Positions 27,214 through 36,528 of a DNA stretch of 64,000 bases are shown in pieces (within the stretch, counting starts at the first letter, position 1; the number at the start of each line of letters is the position of its first letter). The position numbers were made by a program, and so were the translations under genes. Location of the stretch: assembly GCA_965116885.1 (NCBI GenBank), contig OZ220741.1, positions 640,001 to 704,000 on the forward strand, read 5' to 3'. The notes beneath the pieces were generated by a model. That model saw only the letters and a program-made list of their open reading frames with translations, was not told where the DNA came from and did no database searches. The stretch is from Candidatus Latescibacterota bacterium (GTDB lineage: Bacteria; Latescibacterota; UBA2968).

Positions 27214-28464
27214 ATGGCAAAAACACACCTGACAATAGAAAACGAAAAATTCCTGATAAACGAGAAGGAGACCTACTCAGACATTGACGGGACGAATCCC
27301 GATGCCCATGGACTGCTCATGAATGCCCGATTTATCCAGGGTATTTTTGACGACGCGATGGAACCCGAACGCTTTGCGCGGTGGGGCCACAGCGAATGGG
27401 ATCCCATGGCCAACACCGACCGCCTCATAGCTGCACTGCCCGAATGGTATCGCTATGGACTGCGCGCATTCACAACCGGATTCCAGGGCGGAGGTCCGTG
27501 TTTCACAACCCCAAATCACACCATCCAGAACAACCCCTTTGGCGAAGACGGCCTGAACCTCGACGCCGACTACGCCGAGCGGATGGACAAACTGATCCGG
27601 GGAGCAGATGCAGTTGGAATGATCGTCATCGTCAGTTTCTTTTACGGCTCGCAAACCCGCTGGATAGAAAATGAAAAAGCCATCCGCAACGCCGTAACAA
27701 CCGCCTCGCGTTTTGTAAAAGAATATCCCAACGTCATCATCGAAGTCGCAAACGAAATGAATATTGGATCCTTTGCAAACCATCCCATCATACAAGAACC
27801 CGAAGGAATGGTAACACTATTGGATATCGCGAGAAAAGAATCGGGCGGCTTGCCCTGTGGGTGCAGTGGCGGGGGTGGATATCGCAACCGGGAAGTCGCC
27901 GAAGCCAGCGACGTCATACTCATACACGGAAACGGCTGCACGAGGCAGCGATATCACAACATGATCCAGGAAGTGCGAAACTGGAACCTGAACCGCCCCA
28001 TCGTGTGCAACGAAGATTCCCAGGCCATAGGACAACTCCAGGTCGCCTATAAAACGCAAACCTCGTGGGGATATTACAACAACATGACCAAACAAGAGCC
28101 ACCCGCCGACTGGGGAATCACCACCGGAGAAGACACCTTCTTTGCACATCGGATGGCAGAAGGCATAGGAATCGACACAGACCCGATTGATGACCAGTAC
28201 TACCTCCAGGGCCTGGAACCCGATTGGGAATACCGGGGCCAGCGCTGGCTTCGACTCGCCAGCTTATACCCCGAAACAATTAGCTATGTCGATTTTTATC
28301 GGAATGGCAAATACTACGACACCGCATACGACGAACCCTTTTCCCTGCACTTTCAGACCAACTGGCGGCAAGGCGGTATCGACGTGCGAGACAATGACCG
28401 GGAATGGAAAGCCGTTATCCACCTCGGCGATGGGGAAGTGATAGAAAAAACGGTTCAATGTTGA
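27214..28464 (+). CDS. hypothetical protein, probable glycoside-hydrolase-like TIM barrel
   Basis: NVIIEVANE and PIVCNED resemble clan GH-A acid/base and nucleophile motifs; GLLMNARFIQGIFDD. Confidence 0.55.
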   Translation: MAKTHLTIENEKFLINEKETYSDIDGTNPDAHGLLMNARFIQGIFDDAMEPERFARWGHSEWDPMANTDRLIAALPEWYRYGLRAFTTGFQGGGPCFTTPNHTIQNNPFGEDGLNLDADYAERMDKLIRGADAVGMIVIVSFFYGSQTRWIENEKAIRNAVTTASRFVKEYPNVIIEVANEMNIGSFANHPIIQEPEGMVTLLDIARKESGGLPCGCSGGGGYRNREVAEASDVILIHGNGCTRQRYHNMIQEVRNWNLNRPIVCNEDSQAIGQLQVAYKTQTSWGYYNNMTKQEPPADWGITTGEDTFFAHRMAEGIGIDTDPIDDQYYLQGLEPDWEYRGQRWLRLASLYPETISYVDFYRNGKYYDTAYDEPFSLHFQTNWRQGGIDVRDNDREWKAVIHLGDGEVIEKTVQC

Positions 28465-28472
28465 AAATCTGA

Positions 28473-28552
28473 CCCCTCCCCCGGCCCCTCCCCGATGCGG
28501 GGAGGGGAGACCTAATACCCCCCTTCCTCTCAGGAAGGGGGGTAGGGGGGTA
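28473..28552. repeat. C/G-rich palindromic intergenic repeats (CCCCTCCCC...GGGGAGGGG; CCCCCCTTCCT...AGGAAGGGGGG) between convergent genes
   Basis: Two consecutive hairpins; a related element is at about 46406-46436. May act as a bidirectional terminator. Confidence 0.65.
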
Positions 28553-28556
28553 GGTC

Positions 28557-29756
28557 CTAATTATTTAAAAACTCATCCAGCGCATTTACCGCCTCGTCAA
28601 TATGTTCTTTCTCAATCACCAGCGGCGGCAAAAAGCGCACCACATCTGGCCCCGCAACACATACCAGAATATCGTTATTTTCTCGAATCGCATTCATCGC
28701 ATCCGCCGCTGGTATCTCCTTTAGTACTGCGCCCGCGATCAATCCGCTGCCGCGAATTTCCGTCACCTTCTCGGCGTGTTTGTCTTTCAGTACACTCAGC
28801 TTCCCAAACAAATACGCACTCTTCTCCTGGATACCCGCAATAAATGCGGGATCAGATATCGTCTTAAACACCTCAATCGCCACCGCACACGACACGGGAT
28901 GTGCCCCAAAAGTCGCGGCGTGATCCCCCGGCTCCACGGCATCGGCCACATCTTGCGTCACAAGCGTCGCCCCAATCGGCAACCCGCCAGCCAGAGGTTT
29001 CGCAAGCGTCATAATATCTGGCGCCACGCCGTACTGCTCATAACAAAACAGCGAACCAGCCCGCCCCAAACCGCACTGAATCTCATCGAAAATCAACAAC
29101 ATCTTCATCTCATCGCACAAAGCGCGCACACCCTCCAAAAATACCAGATCTGCCGAATGAATACCCCCTTCTGCCTGCAACGGCTCCAGCAACACAGCCA
29201 CCGTCTGGCCATCTGCTATCTTCTCCACCGACTCCAAATCGTTCAAATCGGCAAACTCAATACCCGGCAGCATCGGTCCAAAACCCTGGTGATATCTGGG
29301 TTGCCCCGTTGCAGAAATCCCGCCATAGGTTCGCCCGTGGAAAGAATTATTCATCGCAATAATTTTATTCTTGGGCGCATCTTCAAAATTCTTATACCCC
29401 CACTTGCGCGCAAACTTCAGCGCAGCCTCAATGGACTCTGTTCCGCTATTGCAGAAAAACACGCGATCGGCAAACGAATGCTCGCACAACAACTGCGCCA
29501 ACTGAGGTGCCGGAATCGTGTGATACAAATTTGAAACATGGATCAACTTGCCCAACTGCGCGTTGGCAGCCTCTTGAATCATCGAATTGTTATATCCCAG
29601 GGCATTGACAGACAGGCCACTTACGAAATCGAGATAATGCTTCCCGTCCGTATCCACAATATGGACCCCATCCCCCTTTTCCAGCACAAACTCGGGCCGT
29701 CCATAGGTCTGCAAAATGTACTTCTGTTCTAAGTCAATAATTTCTCGAGTCGTCAT
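28557..29756 (-). CDS. argD: acetylornithine aminotransferase
   Basis: FCNSGTE, SFHGRT, EPLQAEGG, FDEIQCGLGR, TLAKPLAGG; within an arg operon. Confidence 0.92.
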   Translation of the reverse strand: MTTREIIDLEQKYILQTYGRPEFVLEKGDGVHIVDTDGKHYLDFVSGLSVNALGYNNSMIQEAANAQLGKLIHVSNLYHTIPAPQLAQLLCEHSFADRVFFCNSGTESIEAALKFARKWGYKNFEDAPKNKIIAMNNSFHGRTYGGISATGQPRYHQGFGPMLPGIEFADLNDLESVEKIADGQTVAVLLEPLQAEGGIHSADLVFLEGVRALCDEMKMLLIFDEIQCGLGRAGSLFCYEQYGVAPDIMTLAKPLAGGLPIGATLVTQDVADAVEPGDHAATFGAHPVSCAVAIEVFKTISDPAFIAGIQEKSAYLFGKLSVLKDKHAEKVTEIRGSGLIAGAVLKEIPAADAMNAIRENNDILVCVAGPDVVRFLPPLVIEKEHIDEAVNALDEFLNN

Positions 29757-29782
29757 GCTAAATCCTTATGGTTAAAAAGCTG

Positions 29783-29857
29783 GGGACGGCACAGGGGCCG
29801 TCCCCTACGATAATATTGTCAATCCGGTTTTGTAGGGGCGACCCCCTGTGGTCGCCC
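29783..29857. repeat. REP doublet (two GTAG REP variants in inverted orientation)
   Basis: GGGACGGCACAGGGGCCGTCCCCTAC ... GTAGGGGCGACCCCCTGTGGTCGCCC; mirror copy at 39063-39137. Confidence 0.8.
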
Positions 29858-29885
29858 GCTGACGGGGCAGGTATTGAAACCCGCC

Positions 29886-30776
29886 CTACTGCACAATTTG
29901 CGTTCCAATACCCTCGCGGGTAAAAATCTCCAGCAAAAGCGCGTGCGGAACACTGCCATCAATAATATGCGTCTTGTGAACACCGCCCTTCACAGAACGT
30001 TCACAGGCGCGCAACTTGGGAATCATCCCCCCGCTGGCAATACCTCTCTCAATCAGCACCTCCACATCATTGACATGCAGTGTTGAAATCTGCGAATCCG
30101 GATCATCTGGAAACCGTCGGATACCATTCACATCCGTCAAAAACACCAGCTTCTCCGCTTGCAGTGCCCGCGCAATCTCGCCGGCTGCCGTATCGGCATT
30201 CACATTATAACTCTCGCCCTCTGGCCCCAAACCAAGAGGCGAAATAACGGGAATCATGCCTTCTTCACAAGCCAGACGGATGGGTTCGGGATCAATTCGG
30301 GCGACATCGCCAACATAGCCGATATCGACCCTCTTCGTCTTCCCGTCTTCCTCCTCTACCGTCGCAAAATGCTTTGTCACATACATCACGCCAGCGTCTT
30401 TTGCCGACATACTGCGCGCGCGTCCATCGAGTATCTCCAGACCATCGACAATACGCCTGTTCACCTCGCCAAACAACGTATCCTCCACCACCTGCATCGA
30501 CGCCTTATCGGTCACCCGCAAGCCATTGACCCATTCCGATTCAATACCCGACTCCTCCAGACGCCTGCTAATATCCTTCCCCCCACCGTGGACAACCACG
30601 GGACGCATACCCACGGTCTCCATAAACACCAGATCGGCCATTATCGTGGGAGAACCGCCCTCCTCGGGCTGTGTGCTACCGCCGTATTTCACCACAATAA
30701 TTTTGTCGCGAAACTCGCGAATATAGGGAAATGCCTCAATTAAAATCGCAGCCTTTTCAATAATCTTGTAATCCAT
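29886..30776 (-). CDS. argB: acetylglutamate kinase
   Basis: IEAFPYI, VVKYGG, VHGGG, GLRVTD, NVNADTAA, GGMIPK, LLLEIFT. Confidence 0.95.
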   Translation of the reverse strand: MDYKIIEKAAILIEAFPYIREFRDKIIVVKYGGSTQPEEGGSPTIMADLVFMETVGMRPVVVHGGGKDISRRLEESGIESEWVNGLRVTDKASMQVVEDTLFGEVNRRIVDGLEILDGRARSMSAKDAGVMYVTKHFATVEEEDGKTKRVDIGYVGDVARIDPEPIRLACEEGMIPVISPLGLGPEGESYNVNADTAAGEIARALQAEKLVFLTDVNGIRRFPDDPDSQISTLHVNDVEVLIERGIASGGMIPKLRACERSVKGGVHKTHIIDGSVPHALLLEIFTREGIGTQIVQ

Positions 30777-31523
30777 TTAACTCTCCAACGTGCGATACCA
30801 GTAGCGATAAACCTCGCAGAATCCCATAGATTCATATATATGACGCGCGGGTGAGTTATCCTCCTCAACTTGCAAATAAGCCATATTTGCGCCCGCCTTG
30901 CGAACGCGTTCCAAAAGCGTCCAGGTCAACAAACGACCAAATCCGCGATTGCGTTTCTCTACATCCGTCACCAGACCAAACAAACCCGCTATTTTACCCT
31001 CGTGAATAGCAAAGCCACCTGCAACTGGCGCATTGCCGTCCATCAGCAAAACAAACCGCGCGGGCACAGCCAGATTGTCGAGAATATTCTTAAAAGCACC
31101 AATCTCATAATCCGACAGATCTTTCAATTGTGCATAAATATCAAACCACGCCTTTTCTGGGCGCGCCCACACTTTGACCGATCCACTCTCGGGAAGCACG
31201 ACTTGATAAAGATCCAGGGATGCTACAATCGTCATCGCTTCAAACGCATAACCACGCGCAGCAAGCATTGCATCGAGTTGAGGCGGCTGATTTAACGGTG
31301 TCATCTTAAACACAGGACGCAAACCACGCGCGCGATATAGACCCTCGCACACCGCGATTTTTGTTTCGGAATCGGCGTGGCCCGGGTAAATTGGACTAAC
31401 CGAATTTGCCCGCCGCGTATATCCATCGGCCAATCGAACCACCCACCCATCGCAGAGCACTTGTTGCATTGGCGGGCAAGCGTTTAAGCATCTTTCTTCT
31501 ATATCTCGGATCACATCGATCAT
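30777..31523 (-). CDS. GNAT-family N-acetyltransferase
   Basis: GYTRRANSV N-terminal motif; C-terminal GNAT RNRGFGR, YLQVEEDNSPARHIYESMGF. Confidence 0.85.
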   Translation of the reverse strand: MIDVIRDIEERCLNACPPMQQVLCDGWVVRLADGYTRRANSVSPIYPGHADSETKIAVCEGLYRARGLRPVFKMTPLNQPPQLDAMLAARGYAFEAMTIVASLDLYQVVLPESGSVKVWARPEKAWFDIYAQLKDLSDYEIGAFKNILDNLAVPARFVLLMDGNAPVAGGFAIHEGKIAGLFGLVTDVEKRNRGFGRLLTWTLLERVRKAGANMAYLQVEEDNSPARHIYESMGFCEVYRYWYRTLES

Positions 31524-31529
31524 GCGGAC

Positions 31530-32462
31530 TCACCCCGTCTCAATCCCATAAAGCCGCGGAAAGCCCTGCATCAAATTCATATTCTCCACAGCCTGAGTCG
31601 CTGCGCCTTTTTGCAAATTGTCTTCCAGAGCATTGATATAAGCAAAACCGTCATCAACCCCCAGCTTAATGATCAAAGCGTGTGTCCCCACCACATCGCG
31701 CGTACCCCACCAATGCGCGTCGGAATCTTCAACCACCTGCACCAGATCGTCAGCACCATAAGCACTTGCAATCGCCTCGCGCAACTGCACAGCGGCATCT
31801 TCAGTCCCCAGTGCCTTCAACTCATCAGCCAGTTCAACTCGGATATTTGCATTAATACCCGCAAACACCGACCGCAGCACAACAGGCGTAAAATTCACTT
31901 CAAAACCCGAATACAAAACCATTTCGGGCACGTGTTTGTGTCGCTTGCCATAGCTATACGCAATCTCGTTTGACACATCCTCCACCTCGGCTCGCGCACC
32001 CGAATTGCCCGAAGTCGCCACAATCGTCGCTTCCCCCTGCACGAGCGACTTGAGAGGATACAAAGCCAAAATAACACTCGTGGGATAACACCCCGGATTG
32101 CCCACCAGACGCGCCAGAGCAATCTCTTTGGCAAACAAAGCCGGCATGCCATAAACCGCTTCTTTGAGCAACTCAGGCGCCGTATGCACCAGACCATAAC
32201 CCCTTTCAAACGCCTCTCTCGGCAACCGAAAAGCACCGCTCATATCGATCACCTTCGCACCTGCGGCCAGTGCTTCGGGCGCAAACTTCATCGACTCGGG
32301 ATCCTTAGTCGCCAAAAACACCACATCGCAATCGGCCAAATTGCCTTCCCGGCGCCTCGAATTTTGTCGAAATGAGATATCTACCCGATCGTGGTGCTTT
32401 AACACCTTTTGGATCTCCTGCCCCACCATCCCCGTATCGCCGTAAATGCCTATTTTGATCAC
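31530..32462 (-). CDS. argC: N-acetyl-gamma-glutamyl-phosphate reductase
   Basis: GTG start after AGGAAGG; GDTGMVGQE, IDMSGAFRL, GNPGCYPT, SGNSGA, DNLQKGAATQAVENMN. Confidence 0.9.
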   Translation of the reverse strand: MIKIGIYGDTGMVGQEIQKVLKHHDRVDISFRQNSRRREGNLADCDVVFLATKDPESMKFAPEALAAGAKVIDMSGAFRLPREAFERGYGLVHTAPELLKEAVYGMPALFAKEIALARLVGNPGCYPTSVILALYPLKSLVQGEATIVATSGNSGARAEVEDVSNEIAYSYGKRHKHVPEMVLYSGFEVNFTPVVLRSVFAGINANIRVELADELKALGTEDAAVQLREAIASAYGADDLVQVVEDSDAHWWGTRDVVGTHALIIKLGVDDGFAYINALEDNLQKGAATQAVENMNLMQGFPRLYGIETG

Positions 32463-32464
32463 CG

Positions 32465-32953
32465 TCAGGTCCTTCCTGTATTCCCAATCTGCCCCTGAAT
32501 ATCGCGCTCGAGATTCATCCGCGCTTCGGGAGACCGACACAAAATAAAAATCGTATTCTCACCAGCAAGAGTACCCACAACCTCGGGCCATGACATCTGA
32601 TCGATGGACTCACAAACCCCCTGCGCGTGCCCCGTTATCGTCTTTACAACCAGCATAAGGTCAACCCCATCCACGCCCACGACAAAATCCTGCAATTCTC
32701 TCCGAAGCAAATTTTCGCCCTGTAAAACCAGCCGATCTGCCCCGATAAACGCACCGGGAACCTGATAGCGAAATCCACCTTCGCCATCGGGCACTTTAAC
32801 CACACCCAACTCCTTAATATCTTTGGACAGAGTCGATTGCGTGGTCGAAATCCCAACATCCATCAACGCGGTGCTGAGTTCCTCTTGCCGAGCAATAGGC
32901 TGATGTGCAATCAGCTCTAAAATTTTTTGCTGGCGTTCTTGTTTCGTGCTCAT
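32465..32953 (-). CDS. argR: arginine repressor
   Basis: RQQKILELI, QEEL, TQSTLSKDIKELG, VVKTITGHAQ, GTLAGENTIF. Confidence 0.92.
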   Translation of the reverse strand: MSTKQERQQKILELIAHQPIARQEELSTALMDVGISTTQSTLSKDIKELGVVKVPDGEGGFRYQVPGAFIGADRLVLQGENLLRRELQDFVVGVDGVDLMLVVKTITGHAQGVCESIDQMSWPEVVGTLAGENTIFILCRSPEARMNLERDIQGQIGNTGRT

Positions 32954-32987
32954 AGGACAATGAAAATACGTAAAAACTCGCCCAAGT

Positions 32988-33025
32988 CAAGAATAAAAAT
33001 TCAAAAAAATGAATTTTTATTCCTT
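32988..33025. promoter_or_regulatory. tandem ARG boxes overlapping the -35 of the argR operon promoter
   Basis: CAAGAATAAAAATTCAAA (32988-33005) and AATGAATTTTTATTCCTT (33008-33025) fit TGAATAAWWATTCA-type boxes 2 bp apart; minus-strand TTGACT at 32990-32985. Confidence 0.75.
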
Positions 33026-35356
33026 TTTAGCGTACTTATCCAACCACTCCGACATCTCCCACAGAACGTGCATGACCGACTCGCGCGCCCGATAGCCGTG
33101 GCTCTCGTGCGGCAGCATCACCAATCGACAAACAGCGCCATGCCCCTTGAGCGCATTGTAAAATCGCTCGCTCTGCATGGGAAACGTACCCGAATTATTA
33201 TCTGCCTCACCGTGAATAAGCAGCAAAGGTGCTTTAATTTTTGGCACATGATAAAAAGGAGACATCGCCCCATAAACATCTGCTGCTTGCCAGAACGTGC
33301 GCTCTTCTGCCTGAAAACCAAAAGGCGTCAACGTGCGGTTATACGCGCCACTGCGCGCAATACCACAGCAAAACAAATCGGTATGTGCCAGCAAATTCGC
33401 CGTCATAAACCCGCCGTAAGAATGTCCCCCCACCGCTACTTTTTTGGGATCCGCCACGCCCAAACGCACCAGCTCATCAACAGCAGCCTTTGCGCTATCG
33501 GCAAGCTGCTCGATATAAGTATCATTTGCCTCGCGGTCTCCCTCGCCCACAATCGGCATCGCCGGACCATCCAGCACAGCATAACCACGCGCCAAAAAAG
33601 GCAACGCGCCGTGCGAACTGATACGCACAAAGCGAAAAGGAGAATCCTTCACCTGACCCGCGGCATCTGCACTCTTAAATTCGCGGGGATAAGCCCACAT
33701 CAGCACAGGCAACGGACCATCGGCTCTTTTATATCCGGGCGGCAAATACAACGTCCCATTCAACTGCACCCCATCTTTGCGCTGGTACTGAACCAGCGAC
33801 TTCTCCACCGCCTTCAACTGCGGCATCGGATGAACAAAATGCGTGAGTTGCCGCATATCATTGCGCTGCAAATCCCGCACATAATAATTGGTCGGCTCAT
33901 CGACGCTCTCCCGGCTCATCAACACCGTATTGGCATCTATCATCGTCGTTGGCCGCTCGTAAAACGGCCCCTGGGAATGCATGAGACGTTCCGCCTTACC
34001 CGTCTCCAGATCATAGCGGTCCAAAAACGGGCGATCGCCTTTGGGCGACGCACCATCGCCTGCAAAAAACAGATGGCGTTGCGACGCATCCGTCAACAAC
34101 ACAGACCGACCATTGGGCAACCGCGTAAACACAGGCGCGCCCGGCGCGCCATAGCGATCTTCCCACGACCGATCAAACAACACCTGCGGTTCAAAATCCG
34201 AATCATCCGGGCGAATGCGCCACGTACGCACGCGCCGCGTCTTCCACCAGCGTTCTGAAACCAACGCGAGATCACCCGTCCCCCATGAACACCCACCATA
34301 GCGCATCGCCAGCGACATGAACGCGCGCCCATCACCTTCATAAGGCGCGTCGAGCGCATATACAATATCGCGCACCGCCACATCCACCTCGGGATCGCCG
34401 CCATCCTGTGCCACAACCCACGTCACGGTCGCAGGCGCGTCTGCGCGCCAGCCAAACGAACGCGCACCTTCGGGCACGGCATCATACGCAATCGGCACAG
34501 ACTCGACCAATGGCAAATCGACGAGTTCGCGCACCTCGCGCCCATCCAGATCCCAGATTGCCACCTTTGTCGGAAAACGATACGAAGGCACCAGATACGA
34601 AAACGGTCGGTGAAAAGTCGATACCAGCACATAACGACCATCTGGCGACGGATCAGCGCGACAGATCAACCCGGGAGAACCCAGATGCCTCACATCGCCA
34701 TTCAGGCGCACAAGAGCAACCTGCGAAGTGGCATAATATTCAAATAACAACTCGTCATATGCATTCTTCAACAAATCTTGATATGTACGCGATGGCGCTG
34801 CCCGTTCGCCCACATTTTCCTGTACCACCGGACCTCTGGGCACGCGGGGCTCCTCGGGCGGATCGCCACGACCATCACATACCGCGCGCACCAACAGCCC
34901 CGAACTATCGGGCAACCAGACCATAGCCCCGCCAAATACCTGATTCAATTTCACATCGCCAACCGGACGCGCCCTGCCCGTCTCCGCATTGCCGACCCAA
35001 AGATCAATCCCATTATCCCCCGTCACCGAAAAAGCAAACCGCCGCCCATCTGGCGCCCAATAAGCCCGTCCAATTCTCGCGTCCTTCTGCAACCCCGTCA
35101 CAGGTATCTCGCGACCATCGGCAACCCACTTGAGCGTCAGCCCATTGTAAAATCCCACGCGACTTTGCCCATTCACATCCGGATCCAGACGCAAACCCGC
35201 CAGACGCAACTCGGACCGCGACACCTCCTCAATAGACGGTGCGCCCGGACGGTGCATCAACAGCAGCACTGTCCTCGTTGGATCAATGCTAAACGAAGGT
35301 GTCAAAGGCGCGTCAACAATCGCGGCGAGTTCCTCGGGTGGCATCTCATAAGACAT
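33017..35356 (-). CDS. S9 family peptidase (glutamyl endopeptidase-like)
   Basis: GGHSYGG nucleophile, IARSGAYNRTLTPFGFQ, HGEADNNSGTFPMQSER, ESHGY. Confidence 0.92.
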   Translation of the reverse strand: MSYEMPPEELAAIVDAPLTPSFSIDPTRTVLLLMHRPGAPSIEEVSRSELRLAGLRLDPDVNGQSRVGFYNGLTLKWVADGREIPVTGLQKDARIGRAYWAPDGRRFAFSVTGDNGIDLWVGNAETGRARPVGDVKLNQVFGGAMVWLPDSSGLLVRAVCDGRGDPPEEPRVPRGPVVQENVGERAAPSRTYQDLLKNAYDELLFEYYATSQVALVRLNGDVRHLGSPGLICRADPSPDGRYVLVSTFHRPFSYLVPSYRFPTKVAIWDLDGREVRELVDLPLVESVPIAYDAVPEGARSFGWRADAPATVTWVVAQDGGDPEVDVAVRDIVYALDAPYEGDGRAFMSLAMRYGGCSWGTGDLALVSERWWKTRRVRTWRIRPDDSDFEPQVLFDRSWEDRYGAPGAPVFTRLPNGRSVLLTDASQRHLFFAGDGASPKGDRPFLDRYDLETGKAERLMHSQGPFYERPTTMIDANTVLMSRESVDEPTNYYVRDLQRNDMRQLTHFVHPMPQLKAVEKSLVQYQRKDGVQLNGTLYLPPGYKRADGPLPVLMWAYPREFKSADAAGQVKDSPFRFVRISSHGALPFLARGYAVLDGPAMPIVGEGDREANDTYIEQLADSAKAAVDELVRLGVADPKKVAVGGHSYGGFMTANLLAHTDLFCCGIARSGAYNRTLTPFGFQAEERTFWQAADVYGAMSPFYHVPKIKAPLLLIHGEADNNSGTFPMQSERFYNALKGHGAVCRLVMLPHESHGYRARESVMHVLWEMSEWLDKYAKKE

Positions 35357-35370
35357 AGTTTCCCTCTCCC

Positions 35371-36498
35371 CTAAAACCATCTCTTGTAATAAAACGGACT
35401 ATTTTCATCCTCATTCAACTGCTTCACCACCTCATAAAACCACATATCCAGCGGCATCTCGTGTGCATCCAATCGCGGAAAGGGATTAAAATCATCGGTC
35501 GCCAGTGTCTTGCCAATAACATCTATCATCCCCAACCCCAACTCCGGCACATCCACGCGCCGGATACCCGCTCTTTCCATCAACTTGTCATACACATAAG
35601 ACATCGTCGTACCACCCGGAATAAACGGCAAAGCGCGCGTCCGCATCACTGGAAAAAACACATCTATCACCTTCCGATCTGTACCATAAGCCGCAGAAGT
35701 CGCCGCGTGAAGCGCGTCTTTGGGCAAATACAAACTCGTCGAATACGCGCCATTGCGACCGTACTCCACCGCTTTTGGATCGCGGCTCGGCTTGTCCAAA
35801 CTGCCGCGCCAATCGCAAAAAGCCGTCACAGCCACGGAAATTCCCGAATCCATCAGCGCATCTGTAAACTGCACAGCCATATCGCCCATCAAAAATTTGG
35901 TCGCCTCAACAGCCCGTTCACTCAACGGGGTCAACTGCCACTGGAACAAACCCTCTGCATCCACATCCTTCACAAATGTCGGGGGATAGCCCGGCAACAT
36001 ACCCGAACTGGCGGCTGCCATAGAATTGATATAAATCACATCCTCCGCACCGGCTACCTTGAGCGCATCTACGATCTTATCCAACGCTCTCCCCTCCAAT
36101 GCGTACCCATCATTAACCCAGTGAAAACGGTCGCCCAAATTAGTTGCGCGCCTCTGCATCTCCTCGCCCGTCGCATATCCCAGCGACTTTGACAAATCGC
36201 GTGCCACCACCGTCAGACTCCCGCTTTCGGCAACCAGATCGAGCAAAGCCGCTGCCACCGAACAGCCAATACCCAACCCCGTCCCACCAATAACCACAAA
36301 ATGTCGTCCCTTTGCCCAATCGAGCGCGTACCGATCCACAGCAACGCGCTGTGCCGCCTCTCGCTGATCCAGCAATTTAACCGCCTCTGCTGGAAACGCC
36401 TCGACCTCTTCTTTGCTCGGCCGCGAAAGTGCTGGCGCGCCTTCCACGACACGCACCCCTGACATCGGACTTGCAAACGGACTTGGAAAATCGCTCAT
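35371..36498 (-). CDS. hypothetical oxidoreductase, distantly FabV/trans-2-enoyl-CoA reductase-like
   Basis: Rossmann motif VIGGTGLGIG; INSMAA, ATKFLMG, TRALPFIPG, RLDAHE loosely parallel FabV motifs. Confidence 0.45.
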   Translation of the reverse strand: MSDFPSPFASPMSGVRVVEGAPALSRPSKEEVEAFPAEAVKLLDQREAAQRVAVDRYALDWAKGRHFVVIGGTGLGIGCSVAAALLDLVAESGSLTVVARDLSKSLGYATGEEMQRRATNLGDRFHWVNDGYALEGRALDKIVDALKVAGAEDVIYINSMAAASSGMLPGYPPTFVKDVDAEGLFQWQLTPLSERAVEATKFLMGDMAVQFTDALMDSGISVAVTAFCDWRGSLDKPSRDPKAVEYGRNGAYSTSLYLPKDALHAATSAAYGTDRKVIDVFFPVMRTRALPFIPGGTTMSYVYDKLMERAGIRRVDVPELGLGMIDVIGKTLATDDFNPFPRLDAHEMPLDMWFYEVVKQLNEDENSPFYYKRWF

Positions 36499-36528
36499 AT
36501 TATTTCTCCTGAAAAAATTATTATTCTT

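Noticed and set aside
32927..34258. 443-aa plus-strand ORF and other long antisense ORFs (e.g. 13450-14262, 28776-29534)
   Set aside because: Shadow frames of well-supported genes on the opposite strand, with no recognisable motifs.
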